64,000 nucleotides of DNA from Terriglobia bacterium (GTDB taxonomy: Bacteria > Acidobacteriota > Terriglobia > 20CM-2-55-15): positions 480,001 through 544,000 of the forward strand of contig CAXWPJ010000010.1 in NCBI GenBank assembly GCA_963664115.2, in the 5' to 3' direction. Positions 10,039 to 19,438 of this stretch are shown here, one piece after another. Within the stretch, counting starts at the first letter, position 1; each line of letters opens with the position of its first letter. A model generated the notes under the pieces. It ran no database searches. It saw nothing but the letters and a program-made list of their open reading frames with translations, and was not told the origin of the DNA. The position numbers and the translations under genes are program-made.

Positions 10039-10818
10039 ATGATCAATGTACCGTTGACTCTTTTCCCCAGCGCCCCCCACCACATCGTCCCCAGAGGCCG
10101 CTCCCACGAGCCCATCTTCTGGGACGACACCGATTACCGCTGCTTCCTCCGCATCATGCGCACGGCGTCTGAGGAAAGCGGTCTTAAAATATGGACATAT
10201 GCATTAATGCGAAACCACGTCCACATGATCGCGGTGCCCGAAGATCGCGCATCTATTTCCCGGGCGATGGCCAAGGCCCTTCCCGAATACGCGGAATCGT
10301 TTCGGCAGCGGCACCAGATTACGGAAGATCTGTGGCACCGGCGGTGCCACTCCGTGGCGGTCCAGACACGCTACTTGTGGAAGGCGATCCGTTACGTCGA
10401 GCGCAATCCCGTCCGGGCCGGGATCGTCGGACGCGCGGAGGACTATCGCTGGTCGAGCGCGGCCTATCATTGTGGGCTTCGGGATTCGGATCCCCTTGTC
10501 AGTAGCGTGTCTCCATTAAAAGGCTCGGTGGGCGACTGGTCCGCCTGGCTTGCGGAGCCGGATTGCGATCCTCGGTTGGTCTATCTGCGGCGGAAGAATT
10601 GGGAGTCGCAAGAGGAGGGCAAACCGGAAGTCATCGGGTTTCTGGAACGTGAGCTTGATCGACGGATATTGTGGAAGGAGAAAACGTATTGGAGGCTGGA
10701 ATCCGTGTTATCGGAGAGCGCCTCTAACCTAAAAATCCCTCACGGCAGACCCCCCTGTCGAATCTCACGTCGAACCGCCCGGAACACTTCCTCAAACTCC
10801 GGCAGCTGTGCCATCTGA
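10039..10818 (+). CDS. REP-associated tyrosine transposase (RAYT / Y1 HUH), copy 1
   Basis: HHIVPRG, YALMRNHVHMI (HUH), YVERNPVRAG, YRWSS. Confidence 0.8.
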   Translation: MINVPLTLFPSAPHHIVPRGRSHEPIFWDDTDYRCFLRIMRTASEESGLKIWTYALMRNHVHMIAVPEDRASISRAMAKALPEYAESFRQRHQITEDLWHRRCHSVAVQTRYLWKAIRYVERNPVRAGIVGRAEDYRWSSAAYHCGLRDSDPLVSSVSPLKGSVGDWSAWLAEPDCDPRLVYLRRKNWESQEEGKPEVIGFLERELDRRILWKEKTYWRLESVLSESASNLKIPHGRPPCRISRRTARNTSSNSGSCAI

Positions 10819-11569
10819 TAGGCAAGTCTCTTGGACCACAAAGCATCCAGTCGCGCCTCTTTTTGAAGAATCTCTTCTGCTAGACCTTCGAAGGGTTTTC
10901 CACAAAAGCTCAGCTTCTCACCGATCGCGTCGATCAATTCTGCTAAGTGAACTCCCTCCTGTGTCGTGAGATACCACAAGTCATAAAGGTCTCGAGGCTC
11001 ATTCCTCGCTCGATCGGCAAGTGCGATCACTTTCTCGGTTGCGATTTCATTCAAGGAATAAACGCGCAGCAGCTCTCCCTCAGGAAGGTCGCTGAACTCA
11101 TCGTAGCCGCTGAGCACGGGTCGGTCCTCCAGAGGGAACGTGATTGCCTCCCGAATCGTTATGTCCACCTTTAGGTATTTTTAGAAGGTAGCGGCCCCTC
11201 GTATCGCAAATAGAATGTGTGGCTGTTGGGGTGTTCGAGACGATCCTTCCTGTCGAAAGCGAAGGTGATACCGGATTCTTCTCGAACCGCCTCGTATACA
11301 GGTTCCAATCGACTTAGTAGATCCTCAAAACTGACAGGCTCGATGAGCGTGAACTCGAGATCTTCGGAGAAGCGGTAGTCGCCAAAGTAGCAACGTTTGA
11401 GAGCTGTCCCTCCCTTGAAAGCCAAGATTTCTCGAAGGTTCGATTCTGCGAGGGCTGTAAGAAACCAAGCCAGGCAATAGTCACGTTCCAGAACATCTTC
11501 GCGAATCCGATACCCGCCGGCTGCAGCGAGGCGGTTCGATAGGAGTGAGATGTTTCTCTGAGGGATCAT
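10740..11569 (-). pseudogene. AbiEii-type nucleotidyltransferase toxin, frameshifted near 11172
   Basis: LERDY, FKGGTALKRCYF, RFSEDL in 11171-11569; EKVIAL, EPRDLYDLW in 10740-11168 in a different frame. Confidence 0.85.
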
Positions 11570-12439
11570 CTATGTCGTGCGCACGCTCTCAAGTTCTTCG
11601 CTCGTTATGTTCAATTGGAGCCGCCATCGCTTCAGATGTTTCCCGTCTTTAGGCAAGAGCGGATCCAATGGGACGTAGGTCGGGGTCAACGTTTCGCGAA
11701 GCCTGGCCAGGTCTTCCTCCGGCGCGAGTCCATACAGCTCCAGCAGGTATCCGAGCCGACGTGTGACGGCTCCGACCTTCATTCGTAGAGCGTATGCGAC
11801 GAGTTTGTCGCTCTTCATATCGTGGTGACGCATCCACAACCCTTTGGCCACCTCGGTCACACCGCCGCAATACTTTGGATGACGCAGGCCGTCGATGACC
11901 GTTCGCTCCAAATCGCTGACATGTACTGGCTCTTGCTTGGTGGCCCAGTGCCTGGTCGTCCCAAAGAAGTGGTCATGCTTAATCAGGACGAATCGGAATT
12001 GAGTTCCATGCACAAGCTGATTCCGAAGCCGTTTTGTCGCGGATGCAAAGACGACGAACTGCGGCTGGGTCACCATGCGATGTATTTCAATGGCTGTCCC
12101 GTATGAGAGGAAACACTGGGCATTACCCGCTAAACTCTGCGCGATCAGGTAGGGGTTTCCACCATATTGCGTGGTGCTACCGAGTTCGGGCGGTACAACT
12201 ATAAATAGACCGCCCTTCAACCGCGACACAAGACCCCGCCGGATCGCCTTGTTCAGCAAGCTGCTGGCGAGCGCCGGTGTCAGACCGGTGATCTGCTCGG
12301 CATCTCTTAATGTGAATATGGTTTGGGACCGATCGTTGATGGCCCCCAGCAGTCGAGCGGTCTGAGGGCCCACGGTCTTTAAGGACTGATTACTGTTTAT
12401 GCTCAAGAAACGTCCCCTCAGGCGATTAATTGCACACAC
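11570..12439 (-). CDS. AbiEi-type type IV TA antitoxin / transcriptional regulator
   Basis: RLKGGLFIVVP, LSYGTA, VSDLERTVIDGL, RRLGYLLE; directly upstream of AbiEii; start uncertain. Confidence 0.85.
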   Translation of the reverse strand: MCAINRLRGRFLSINSNQSLKTVGPQTARLLGAINDRSQTIFTLRDAEQITGLTPALASSLLNKAIRRGLVSRLKGGLFIVVPPELGSTTQYGGNPYLIAQSLAGNAQCFLSYGTAIEIHRMVTQPQFVVFASATKRLRNQLVHGTQFRFVLIKHDHFFGTTRHWATKQEPVHVSDLERTVIDGLRHPKYCGGVTEVAKGLWMRHHDMKSDKLVAYALRMKVGAVTRRLGYLLELYGLAPEEDLARLRETLTPTYVPLDPLLPKDGKHLKRWRLQLNITSEELESVRTT

Positions 12440-12460
12440 AATATAACTTAGAGTTATATT
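12440..12460. promoter_or_regulatory. Palindromic operator upstream of abiEi
   Basis: AATATAACT-TAG-AGTTATATT (9-3-9 perfect inverted repeat); AbiEi proteins autoregulate through such repeats. Confidence 0.55.
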
Positions 12461-12648
12461 TCATATCAATAATCTAGCTCATCAGGCTAGTTTCTGATCA
12501 TAAACCATAACTAAGCACTGTCTATTCCTGCCTGGGGGTAGTCAGTGCAGATTCCTCCCCCACCCCCTCCGCCCCCATCGTAAACTAGAGCTACCCCCTT
12601 TCCCCCCGACGCCCTTTTCGGGCGACCGCCCTTCCCTCTCATCTATTA

Positions 12649-13317
12649 ATGATCAATGTACCGTTGACTCTTTTCCCCAGCGCCCCCCACCACATCGTCC
12701 CCAGAGGCCGCTCCCACGAGCCCGTCTTCTGGGACGACACCGATTACCGCTGCTTCCTCCGCATCATGCACACGGCATCTCGGGAAGCGGGTCTGGAAAT
12801 ATGGACCTACGCTCTCATGCGAAACCACGTCCATATGATCGCGGTCCCAGAAGATCGCGAGTCTATTTCCCGGGCGATGGCCAAGGCCCTTCCCGAATAC
12901 GCGGAATCGTTCCGGCAGCGGCACCAGATTTCGGAAGATCTGTGGCACCGGCGGTGCCACTCCGTGGCGGTCCAGACACGCTACTTGTGGAAGGCGGTCC
13001 GTTACGTGGAGCGCAATCCCGTCCGGGCCGGAATCGTCCGACGCGCGGAGGACTATCGCTGGTCGAGCGCGGCCTATCATTGTGGGCATCGGGATTCGGA
13101 TGCTCTTCTCAGTAGCATGTCTCCCTTAAAAGGCTCGGTGGGCGACTGGTCCGCCTAGCTTCAGGAACCGGATTGCGATCCGCGGTTGGCGTATCTGAGG
13201 CGGAAGAATCGGGAGTCGCAAGAGGAGGGAAAACCAGAAGTCATCGGGTTTCTGGAACGCGACTTGGATCGGCGGATATCAGGTTGGGAAAAACGGCGGG
13301 GGCGGGGGAAGAAATAG
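12649..13317 (+). pseudogene. RAYT transposase, copy 2, nonsense mutation
   Basis: Near-identical to copy 1 including about 75 bp of upstream pyrimidine-rich leader; TGG>TAG at 13156-13158; frame continues to TAG at 13315-13317. Confidence 0.85.
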
Positions 13318-13553
13318 GTTTGGGAGACACGAAGATCGGTTTATTTGCGTGTGCTGACGAGGGGGGGGGCACTTTGTTCTGAACCCGTCCATCCCTACCC
13401 TTCGGTCCGGGCGCGATTTACGCGTTTAACTGTTTCGAGTTGACGCCTCGGCTGCGTACAGGGGAGATTGTCCCGTGTTTGAGCGTCCAGCGTATAACGC
13501 CGGAACTTCGATACTTGACGATCTCAATGCGAATAGGGAAATGAGTCCCCTAT

Positions 13554-13742
13554 GTGAGCATGCCACGTAAAGTAAACACCGCTGATTTCTTTCGAACACA
13601 TCCGGTCTTCTCGCTGGATGAAGCCACGCGGGGAGTCTACGCGGTCGTTCCGCCGGGCGTCGATGTCGAGATGTTTCGGTCCGATCTCGTTCTGGTCGCC
13701 GCCGTTACGACTTTCCCGGCTGCGATTTCATTCAAAGATTAA
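13554..13742 (+). pseudogene. Internally deleted fragment of a second AbiEi-like regulator
   Basis: DFFRTHPVFSLDEA...RGVYAVVPPG resembles AbiEi N-termini; only 62 aa. Confidence 0.45.
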
Positions 13743-13813
13743 ACGCATCACACGCCGCGGCGCTGGGCCTCGGCATTGGATTCACTGCATTGTCAGGCGT
13801 TCGTTTTTCCGAC

Positions 13814-14044
13814 CTAAGAAGGGCGATTCTGTTTGGTGAGACGCACAAAGGTGCGGAGCGCTTCGTTGACTGCTCGAGCATCGGGAAAGATGTCTGCTAC
13901 GTCCGGATCCAGCAATATGACGTTGGTGCCCTCAGCGTACCGCGCTCGGGTAACTCCGCGATCCGCTTTGGAAAAATCATACTCTTCCCGCATCGTGTCT
14001 TCGTCTCTCTGACCCGTCCCGGGTGAGGATCTATTCTTCTTCAT
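13814..14044 (-). CDS. BrnA-like antitoxin
   Basis: MREEYDFS...ILLDPDVADIFPDARAVNEALR; preceded by a BrnT C-terminal remnant. Confidence 0.75.
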   Translation of the reverse strand: MKKNRSSPGTGQRDEDTMREEYDFSKADRGVTRARYAEGTNVILLDPDVADIFPDARAVNEALRTFVRLTKQNRPS

Positions 14045-14235
14045 AGCTGTTTCGTTCAGAACGCGTCGCCCGACGGGCACTGATGATTCGAGTGCGTTCT
14101 TCGATTTCGGCGTAGCAGACCCGTACCCGATAATGATCTGACAGTCCGAGTACGATGAGCAGAATCATCGGCGATGTAGTCCCGGATGGATTCGATATCG
14201 CGGATGGTGTGAGGAGACCAGACCAGTGGGATCAC
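14031..14235 (-). pseudogene. Deletion chimera: ParE/RelE toxin N-terminus joined out of frame to BrnT toxin C-terminus
   Basis: MIPLVWSPHTIRDIESIRDYIADDS then, in another frame, IVLGLSDHYRVRVCYAEIEERTRIISARRATRSERNSYEEE*. Confidence 0.7.
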
Positions 14236-14414
14236 AGACCGAGGCGCTGTTTGACTTCCTCGTGTGAAACACCGTTCCCGGCATCGAGTTCCGCCAGACC
14301 GGAGTCGATTTTCGCCAGGAAGACCAGTCGTTCGATCGCGTCGTCGAACGTCGCATCCGAAGGCAGGTCTTGGAGTGATTCAAGGATTCGGTCTCTTGTC
14401 GTCGGAGAGGACAT
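14232..14414 (-). CDS. Small antitoxin of a ParE/RelE-type module
   Basis: LQDLPSDATFDDAIERL...GLAELDAGNGVSHEEVKQRL; overlaps the toxin start (GTGA). Confidence 0.75.
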   Translation of the reverse strand: MSSPTTRDRILESLQDLPSDATFDDAIERLVFLAKIDSGLAELDAGNGVSHEEVKQRLGL

Positions 14415-14454
14415 AGCGATAATTATACTCCTCCCGATCCGGCTTCCTCGCTAA

Positions 14455-14652
14455 AGAGATCTGTGGCGCACTGTTCGTCCTGGCTTCAGGAACCGGATTG
14501 CGATCCTCGGTTGGTCTATCTGCGGCGGAAGAATCGGGAGTCGCAAGAGGGGGGAGAACCGGAGGTCATCGGGTTTTTGGAACGGGACATCGATCGACGG
14601 ATATCAGGTTGGGAGAAACGGCGCGATCGGGGGAAGAAATAGATTCGGGAGA
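14455..14652 (+). pseudogene. RAYT transposase, copy 3 (3' remnant)
   Basis: 14479-14652 aligns by eye with 13154-13327 (AWLQEPDCDPRLVYLRRKNRESQE...). Confidence 0.8.
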
Positions 14653-14847
14653 TGGGAAGGATTTCAGGCGGATAAATCGATGTCACCCGCTGTTGGGTCA
14701 CGAAACTTCAGTCGAACTACATAACCGGACACATACTCCGCTGCAATCACGTGATATTTCATTGCGTTTACTGCAGAGGCGGAATCTTTGAACCTGGACA
14801 GTTCGGGTATGCGATCAGGACAGGACTGTTCTGGATTTCGAACAACT

Positions 14848-14889
14848 GCCCAACCGATTGTGGCCGCCGTGTGGTGCAGCCACTTGGGC
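14848..14889 (-). other. Degenerate attC-like site
   Basis: Just after the DUF4926 stop: GCCCAAGTGGCTGCACCACACGGCGGCC...GGTTGGGC; a matching GTTGGGC core lies upstream of the DUF6883 gene (15519-15525). Confidence 0.45.
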
Positions 14890-14895
14890 GGTCTC

Positions 14896-15129
14896 TCAAG
14901 CTGAGCGGTCGAGCGGCCGGACAGCTATCAGGTCCCCATCAGCAACGGGCCGCACATCGCTTTCCCGGAGAGTGACCAGCGCTTCAGTCTTCCCGGCGGC
15001 GCTGACGAACTCGACTTCGACTCCATCTGGTTCATAGACTTGTACGACTGCGCCTAGATCGCCCTTCTGGAGCTGCTGATCAGGAAGGTCGCGGTTGAGC
15101 ACGACCGTATCGAGGAGTTTGAATCTCAT
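14896..15129 (-). CDS. DUF4926 domain protein
   Basis: LLDTVVLNRDLP..L.KGDLGAVVQVY...VEVEFV. Confidence 0.8.
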   Translation of the reverse strand: MRFKLLDTVVLNRDLPDQQLQKGDLGAVVQVYEPDGVEVEFVSAAGKTEALVTLRESDVRPVADGDLIAVRPLDRSA

Positions 15130-15467
15130 GACCTTGGCCTCGGATAAGCTGTTACGAACCGCGGGAAATCCTCGTCGTTCAGGACGATCCAGACTGTGAC
15201 CACAATGACTGCGTCCCCGGTCGGTCCGCTCAGCGTACCACGCACCTCATATTTCTGACCATAGGGATTGACCTCGGTTGCAACCGCTTCGTATCCGGTC
15301 GCATGTTGCTGTAGGTCTTCAGCCAACAAGTCCCACGCTTCGGCGGAATAACCGAGATCGTTAAACACACGCGCCTTGAACCTGCCGACCGGATGCGACT
15401 CAGAAAGCAGGTAATCGCGAATCTTGGCACTGTCTACAACGGAGCGTTCAGCACCAGGCAACTTCAC
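15126..15467 (-). CDS. DUF6883-like protein (putative toxin partner of DUF4926)
   Basis: KIRDYLLSESHPVGRFKARVF..LGY, YGQKYEV, TVWI, PRFVTAYP. Confidence 0.75.
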   Translation of the reverse strand: MKLPGAERSVVDSAKIRDYLLSESHPVGRFKARVFNDLGYSAEAWDLLAEDLQQHATGYEAVATEVNPYGQKYEVRGTLSGPTGDAVIVVTVWIVLNDEDFPRFVTAYPRPRS

Positions 15468-15621
15468 GCCGTCATTCTCAATTGTGTCTCCCGTTCCAGG
15501 TCAGGTTGCGGGCGATCCGCCCAACTACGAGTGTCTGGAACTCGGTATCACTCATGCTATCTGCGAGAAATCGCAGCCAATCCACAGGGACAGGAAAGCG
15601 ATACCCCCTGGCTCAGCCGTG

Positions 15622-15963
15622 TCAGGAAGCGAAACCGATCTGCTGGCAGGGTTCACCGGGCTTCCGAGGACTGATCGCTATCGTCACCTTCCGGTCCAGA
15701 CGCTTCAAAAAGTCGAATAGCTTGTCCGTCGTAAAGCGATCAAAATGTGCGTTCATAAGGTGCGACACTTCGGGCTGCGATATTCCCAAGAGTTGGGCCA
15801 TCTCGCGCTGCTTCAGATTCTTTTCTTTAAGAATTTCGTTAACCACGAAACCGATCTGTGCCCGTGTGAACAGCTCATCGGCGTCGGGGAGACCCAAGTC
15901 GGCGAATACGTTGCCGGATCCTTCCTCGTACTCTATTCCCTTAAACTTCTTTTTCTTCACCAT
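15622..15963 (-). CDS. HigA-like XRE/HTH antitoxin
   Basis: GSGNVFADLGLPDA, LKQREMAQLLGISQPEVSHL. Confidence 0.85.
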   Translation of the reverse strand: MVKKKKFKGIEYEEGSGNVFADLGLPDADELFTRAQIGFVVNEILKEKNLKQREMAQLLGISQPEVSHLMNAHFDRFTTDKLFDFLKRLDRKVTIAISPRKPGEPCQQIGFAS

Positions 15964-16010
15964 GTGCCAGTACCTTTGCCTGTTTGTATCGGCGCTTGAT
16001 CAACTCGAGA
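15941..16010 (-). pseudogene. C-terminal remnant of a Gp49/RelE-like (HigB) toxin
   Basis: ELIKRRYKQAKVLAHGEEEKV* overlapping the antitoxin start; compare DLIKRRLAVAE in 18724-19074. Confidence 0.55.
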
Positions 16011-16463
16011 ACCGATGGCTGGCGATCGGAAATGAGCTCCTTCAATTCTATATGAAACTTCATATAACCACAACCGTGCGCCTCGCTGCGCACCGGAGGG
16101 TTGTGGCAATATCGGAACCGTATGACTCGGTCGTAACCGTCTCATTCAGCTGACGCTTGACGCATCAAAGATCGTCAAATAAGGGGAAAACGCGACCTCG
16201 ATTTCGCGAATTCACTCGGTTTCCCGGCAGCTGTCGTTGGTCGAGTTTCCGAGGCTTCTCATGAGCCCGGGCTCGACCTTTAAAGGTGCCTTGGGCGAGT
16301 TGTCCGCGTGATTGGTCGAAGCGAGGGAGATCCTCCGTTGACCTACCTGGCACGAGAGGATCGGGACCCGCGATATTGGGAGGGAACAGGGGAGGGCGCG
16401 ATTATCGGGGTGTTGGAAGGGATCTGGGCGACGGATATCGCGTTGGGACGGCGGGAATACTCC

Positions 16464-16898
16464 CTACGCCTGTGCCACCAGCTCCATCCCGTTGTCCTCA
16501 CACCATTCTCTCAATGCGGCTTCGGTTCGCTGGCCCACGTGCGCGTGCCAGTCGTCCAGCAATCCCTTGGACCGAAGTAAGCCATTGAAGCGCGCGTAGG
16601 CACCTTTGTGACGAAAGATGTCTTTGACTTTCCGAAGGTGTTCTGGAAGTTTCCAGGATGTGAACCCGATGGCCAGGCGGCCACCGAGTTCGAGGATACT
16701 CTTGTCGGGCACTGCGACGTAACGATCCGATGTTCTCACGTCGTCGGGATACTCGCCCTCTCCGAATGCGTCCGAGACACAGAATACTTCACCGGTATCT
16801 AGTGAAACATATGCGCTGGAATCGAGTTCCGCTCCCGAACTCACGAAGTCCAAAGCAAGTTCAAGAGCTTTGAGATCAACCTTCACTATGCGTTTCAA
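16464..16898 (-). CDS. UPF0158-like protein
   Basis: YVSLDTGEV, RHKGAYARFNGLL, LREWCEDNG. Confidence 0.7.
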   Translation of the reverse strand: MKRIVKVDLKALELALDFVSSGAELDSSAYVSLDTGEVFCVSDAFGEGEYPDDVRTSDRYVAVPDKSILELGGRLAIGFTSWKLPEHLRKVKDIFRHKGAYARFNGLLRSKGLLDDWHAHVGQRTEAALREWCEDNGMELVAQA

Positions 16899-17427
16899 TC
16901 CTTCCCCCAGCGGTCTCGGGCGACCACTTTTCCCTCAGCAAGCGTAGGGCGGTTTCGTTTGGAAAAATCATCCCCTCGAAGCCGCGCTTTAACTGGTACG
17001 GGGCCTCCCCAAGCTTGCTCTCGGCCATTCGAAGATCGATAGCGTCCCATCCGTCGGATGGGAGACAGAAAGGTACTGACTTGGCGAAATTGACCATCTG
17101 AGCGGTGACGGACCGGTCCCGGGTCCGTCCGACGTGCACCGTATGCATGGTTGCTGTCTCTGAATCGATCAGACCCCCATCCACATCCATTTGCCGCAAT
17201 CGGTCGGCGACCATTCCCGGAAAACGGTCCGGCAGGGTTTTAACTGCTTTCGCGAAAGAGAACATGATCAGGAGCGACTTCGCACTCACGAAAAGCAATA
17301 AGGGGTGCCGATCAACGACGATGCGATTGACATACCAATCGCCCAGAGCGTTGTCCGACACTGCACCATCGACTGCGGATTCGGGCAAGCTTTTGAGGAC
17401 CCTCTGAGTCGCTCTCAATAACACCAT
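16876..17427 (-). CDS. DUF6933-like hypothetical protein
   Basis: LRATQRVLK, LGDWYVN, LLLFVSAKSLL, TRDRSV. Confidence 0.6.
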   Translation of the reverse strand: MVLLRATQRVLKSLPESAVDGAVSDNALGDWYVNRIVVDRHPLLLFVSAKSLLIMFSFAKAVKTLPDRFPGMVADRLRQMDVDGGLIDSETATMHTVHVGRTRDRSVTAQMVNFAKSVPFCLPSDGWDAIDLRMAESKLGEAPYQLKRGFEGMIFPNETALRLLREKWSPETAGGRIETHSEG

Positions 17428-17538
17428 GTGTTTTTCCCGTGTGTGTTGCCAAACGGGCGGTAGGTGGTTATTTGAGGGGATCTGGAAACAGACCCAAGGA
17501 CAGGAAAAGCGTAGCGATTGCCAGGTCTTCTGTCCTCG

Positions 17539-17823
17539 CTAATCCATGCCCCCGTTAGGCCTCCAGTTACTGACCAAGGGGAACTTATCCGGATGGTCAA
17601 TGGACTCGACCCCAAGGTCGATGTCAAGATCGGGCCAGTAAAGATGATGCGGTTGCGGCAGTTGGACATTGAGAAGTTGACCGATCGGGGCATCGCGAAA
17701 CCAGGGAAACGTCTCAAATGGCAGAAACACCTCACGGTCATCAATCAGCATCCAAAACCCGTGCTTCGAAACGTTGGTAACCTCAACCGGGGAAGTGTTT
17801 GTTCCAGACTGTGTAGATTTCAT
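17539..17823 (-). CDS. DUF2442 protein
   Basis: EVTNVSKHGFW, LPFETFPWFRDA, LYWPDLDIDL. Confidence 0.85.
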   Translation of the reverse strand: MKSTQSGTNTSPVEVTNVSKHGFWMLIDDREVFLPFETFPWFRDAPIGQLLNVQLPQPHHLYWPDLDIDLGVESIDHPDKFPLVSNWRPNGGMD

Positions 17824-18022
17824 CCTTGTGTTCCTCGACAAGTTGAAGCGCCTTCTTGAGACTTCGCTGACTCAACCCATAGTTTTGAAACAGCTCAATT
17901 TTCGGTTCGAGCCAGAATTTTGCTTCTCCGTCGGCCCCTTGAACGTGAATGTGTCTGCGCTTTTCCTCACGGGAGAAGAAGTAGAATCGCAACCCGCCTT
18001 TACGAAAGACCGTCGGACTCAT
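17783..18022 (-). CDS. DUF4160 protein (TA-like pair with DUF2442)
   Basis: MSPTVFR..GLRFYFFSREE..HIHV...EAKFWLEP. Confidence 0.85.
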   Translation of the reverse strand: MSPTVFRKGGLRFYFFSREEKRRHIHVQGADGEAKFWLEPKIELFQNYGLSQRSLKKALQLVEEHKDEIYTVWNKHFPG

Positions 18023-18261
18023 ACTGGTATGCTACACCCGTGATGGGCAGCTCTTGATCTTCGGAAGGAGAGAGTCGTTGCAACATCCATATATTACACA
18101 TGTAAGCATTCACATTTTTCGTGAATTCTTACATTCACAAGCTACTAACAGATCGACACGCACCCGTGGGAAAACCCTCACCGACCCTCTTCCAGAGCTT
18201 CAGTCCGAATCGAGTTGAGTTGGTCAGGCCGGTCGAGTCTGCTGGTCACATCGGTCGCTTA

Positions 18262-18357
18262 TCAGGAAAAGATCCCGGTCTCCTGCCAGGGTTCACCGGG
18301 CCTGCGAGGACTGATCTCTATCGTCACCTTCCGGTCCAGATGCTTGAGAAAATCGAG
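18262..18357 (-). pseudogene. C-terminal remnant of an HTH antitoxin paralogous to 15622-15963
   Basis: DFLKHLDRKVTIEISPRRPGEPWQETGIFS* versus DFLKRLDRKVTIAISPRKPGEPCQQIGFAS*. Confidence 0.75.
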
Positions 18358-18374
18358 GGACCTGTTTCCTGAAT

Positions 18375-18710
18375 TCAGGGCACGAGGACTGACATCGCCC
18401 CCTGCTTTTTCCTCTTCGCGGCTGGCCGGACGGTAATCTCCACATCCTGACCGAGCGCGGTAAGAAACTCCATCAGTCGCCCGACGGAAAAATTACCCGA
18501 ACGGTTGCGCATCAATGTCGAAACGTGGGGCTGCCGGATCCCGAGGATGCGGCCGGCCTCCGCCTGTGTCAGGCCCCGCTCCTTGATGATTCTGTAGATT
18601 TCCAGTGTCAGCTCGGCTTTGATCTGTTCCTGTTCCGGATTGGACAAGCCGAGATCGGCAAATACATTGCCGCTACCTTCACGAGCCACGACCGGACGCT
18701 TCGTCCCCAT
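18375..18710 (-). CDS. HigA-like XRE/HTH antitoxin
   Basis: GSGNVFADLGL, LTQAEAGRILGIRQPHVSTL, FSVGRLMEFL. Confidence 0.85.
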   Translation of the reverse strand: MGTKRPVVAREGSGNVFADLGLSNPEQEQIKAELTLEIYRIIKERGLTQAEAGRILGIRQPHVSTLMRNRSGNFSVGRLMEFLTALGQDVEITVRPAAKRKKQGAMSVLVP

Positions 18711-18723
18711 GTCAGATCTCCAT

Positions 18724-19074
18724 CTATTGCTGTTGTCGCTCAGCCACTGCCAAGCGTCGTTTGATCAGATCAATATCGCTCGGAGAAGTCGCGAAGCCTT
18801 TCCTGGATTTCTTTTGAAAGGCGTGGAGCACGCAGATGATCCCAGACAATCTCACCGTGTAGACAGCCCGAAAAGTGTTCGTGGCGAAACGTTCGACGAT
18901 TTCCATGACGCGCGTGCCAACAAATCCTCTGAGTGGTTTCGCTGAGGGATCGGTGTCACCATTTTGTGCCGCGTATAGAGCGTGGCCGATGCCGCGTCGA
19001 ACCGCTTGCGGGAACTTCCGGACTGTTTCCCTCGTCGATCCCATCCAGACGACAGGTTTCAGATCCCTCTTCAT
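18724..19074 (-). CDS. Gp49/RelE-like (HigB) toxin
   Basis: KPVVWMGST, AKPLRGF, TFRAVYTV, VLHAFQKKS; toxin-first order. Confidence 0.85.
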   Translation of the reverse strand: MKRDLKPVVWMGSTRETVRKFPQAVRRGIGHALYAAQNGDTDPSAKPLRGFVGTRVMEIVERFATNTFRAVYTVRLSGIICVLHAFQKKSRKGFATSPSDIDLIKRRLAVAERQQQ

Positions 19075-19438
19075 TATACAGTTATACGTATATATGTCTA
19101 CATTGGCCCGGGCGCTTGGTATCGCTCTGCAATAGGGCGTCCGTTCCGATACTTGAACCGCTCAGGTGAGCGGGCAGGCGGGAGCGAAACCAAGTTCATG
19201 TGGTTTAGCGAATAAGAAATCTCTTCGAACTCGACTTTGACGGATTTATATCGTGAGGAAAGCAAGGGCGGGGGATTTTATGTTGTGCAGGCATAGCCAG
19301 CACCTACAGGAAGAAGGCCGGATGTTGGATATTGGATGTTGAAAAACGCTCGCTCGATAAGCCCACTCCATCCTTGCCACCCCTCCCCGTCTGTTCTACT
19401 GTGTCCGCCAGTGATATAAGGAAGCTATCGAGGTAAGC

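Noticed and set aside
11160-11185. Programmed frameshift in abiEii
   Set aside because: No slippery heptamer at the break; a 1-bp deletion or sequencing error is simpler.
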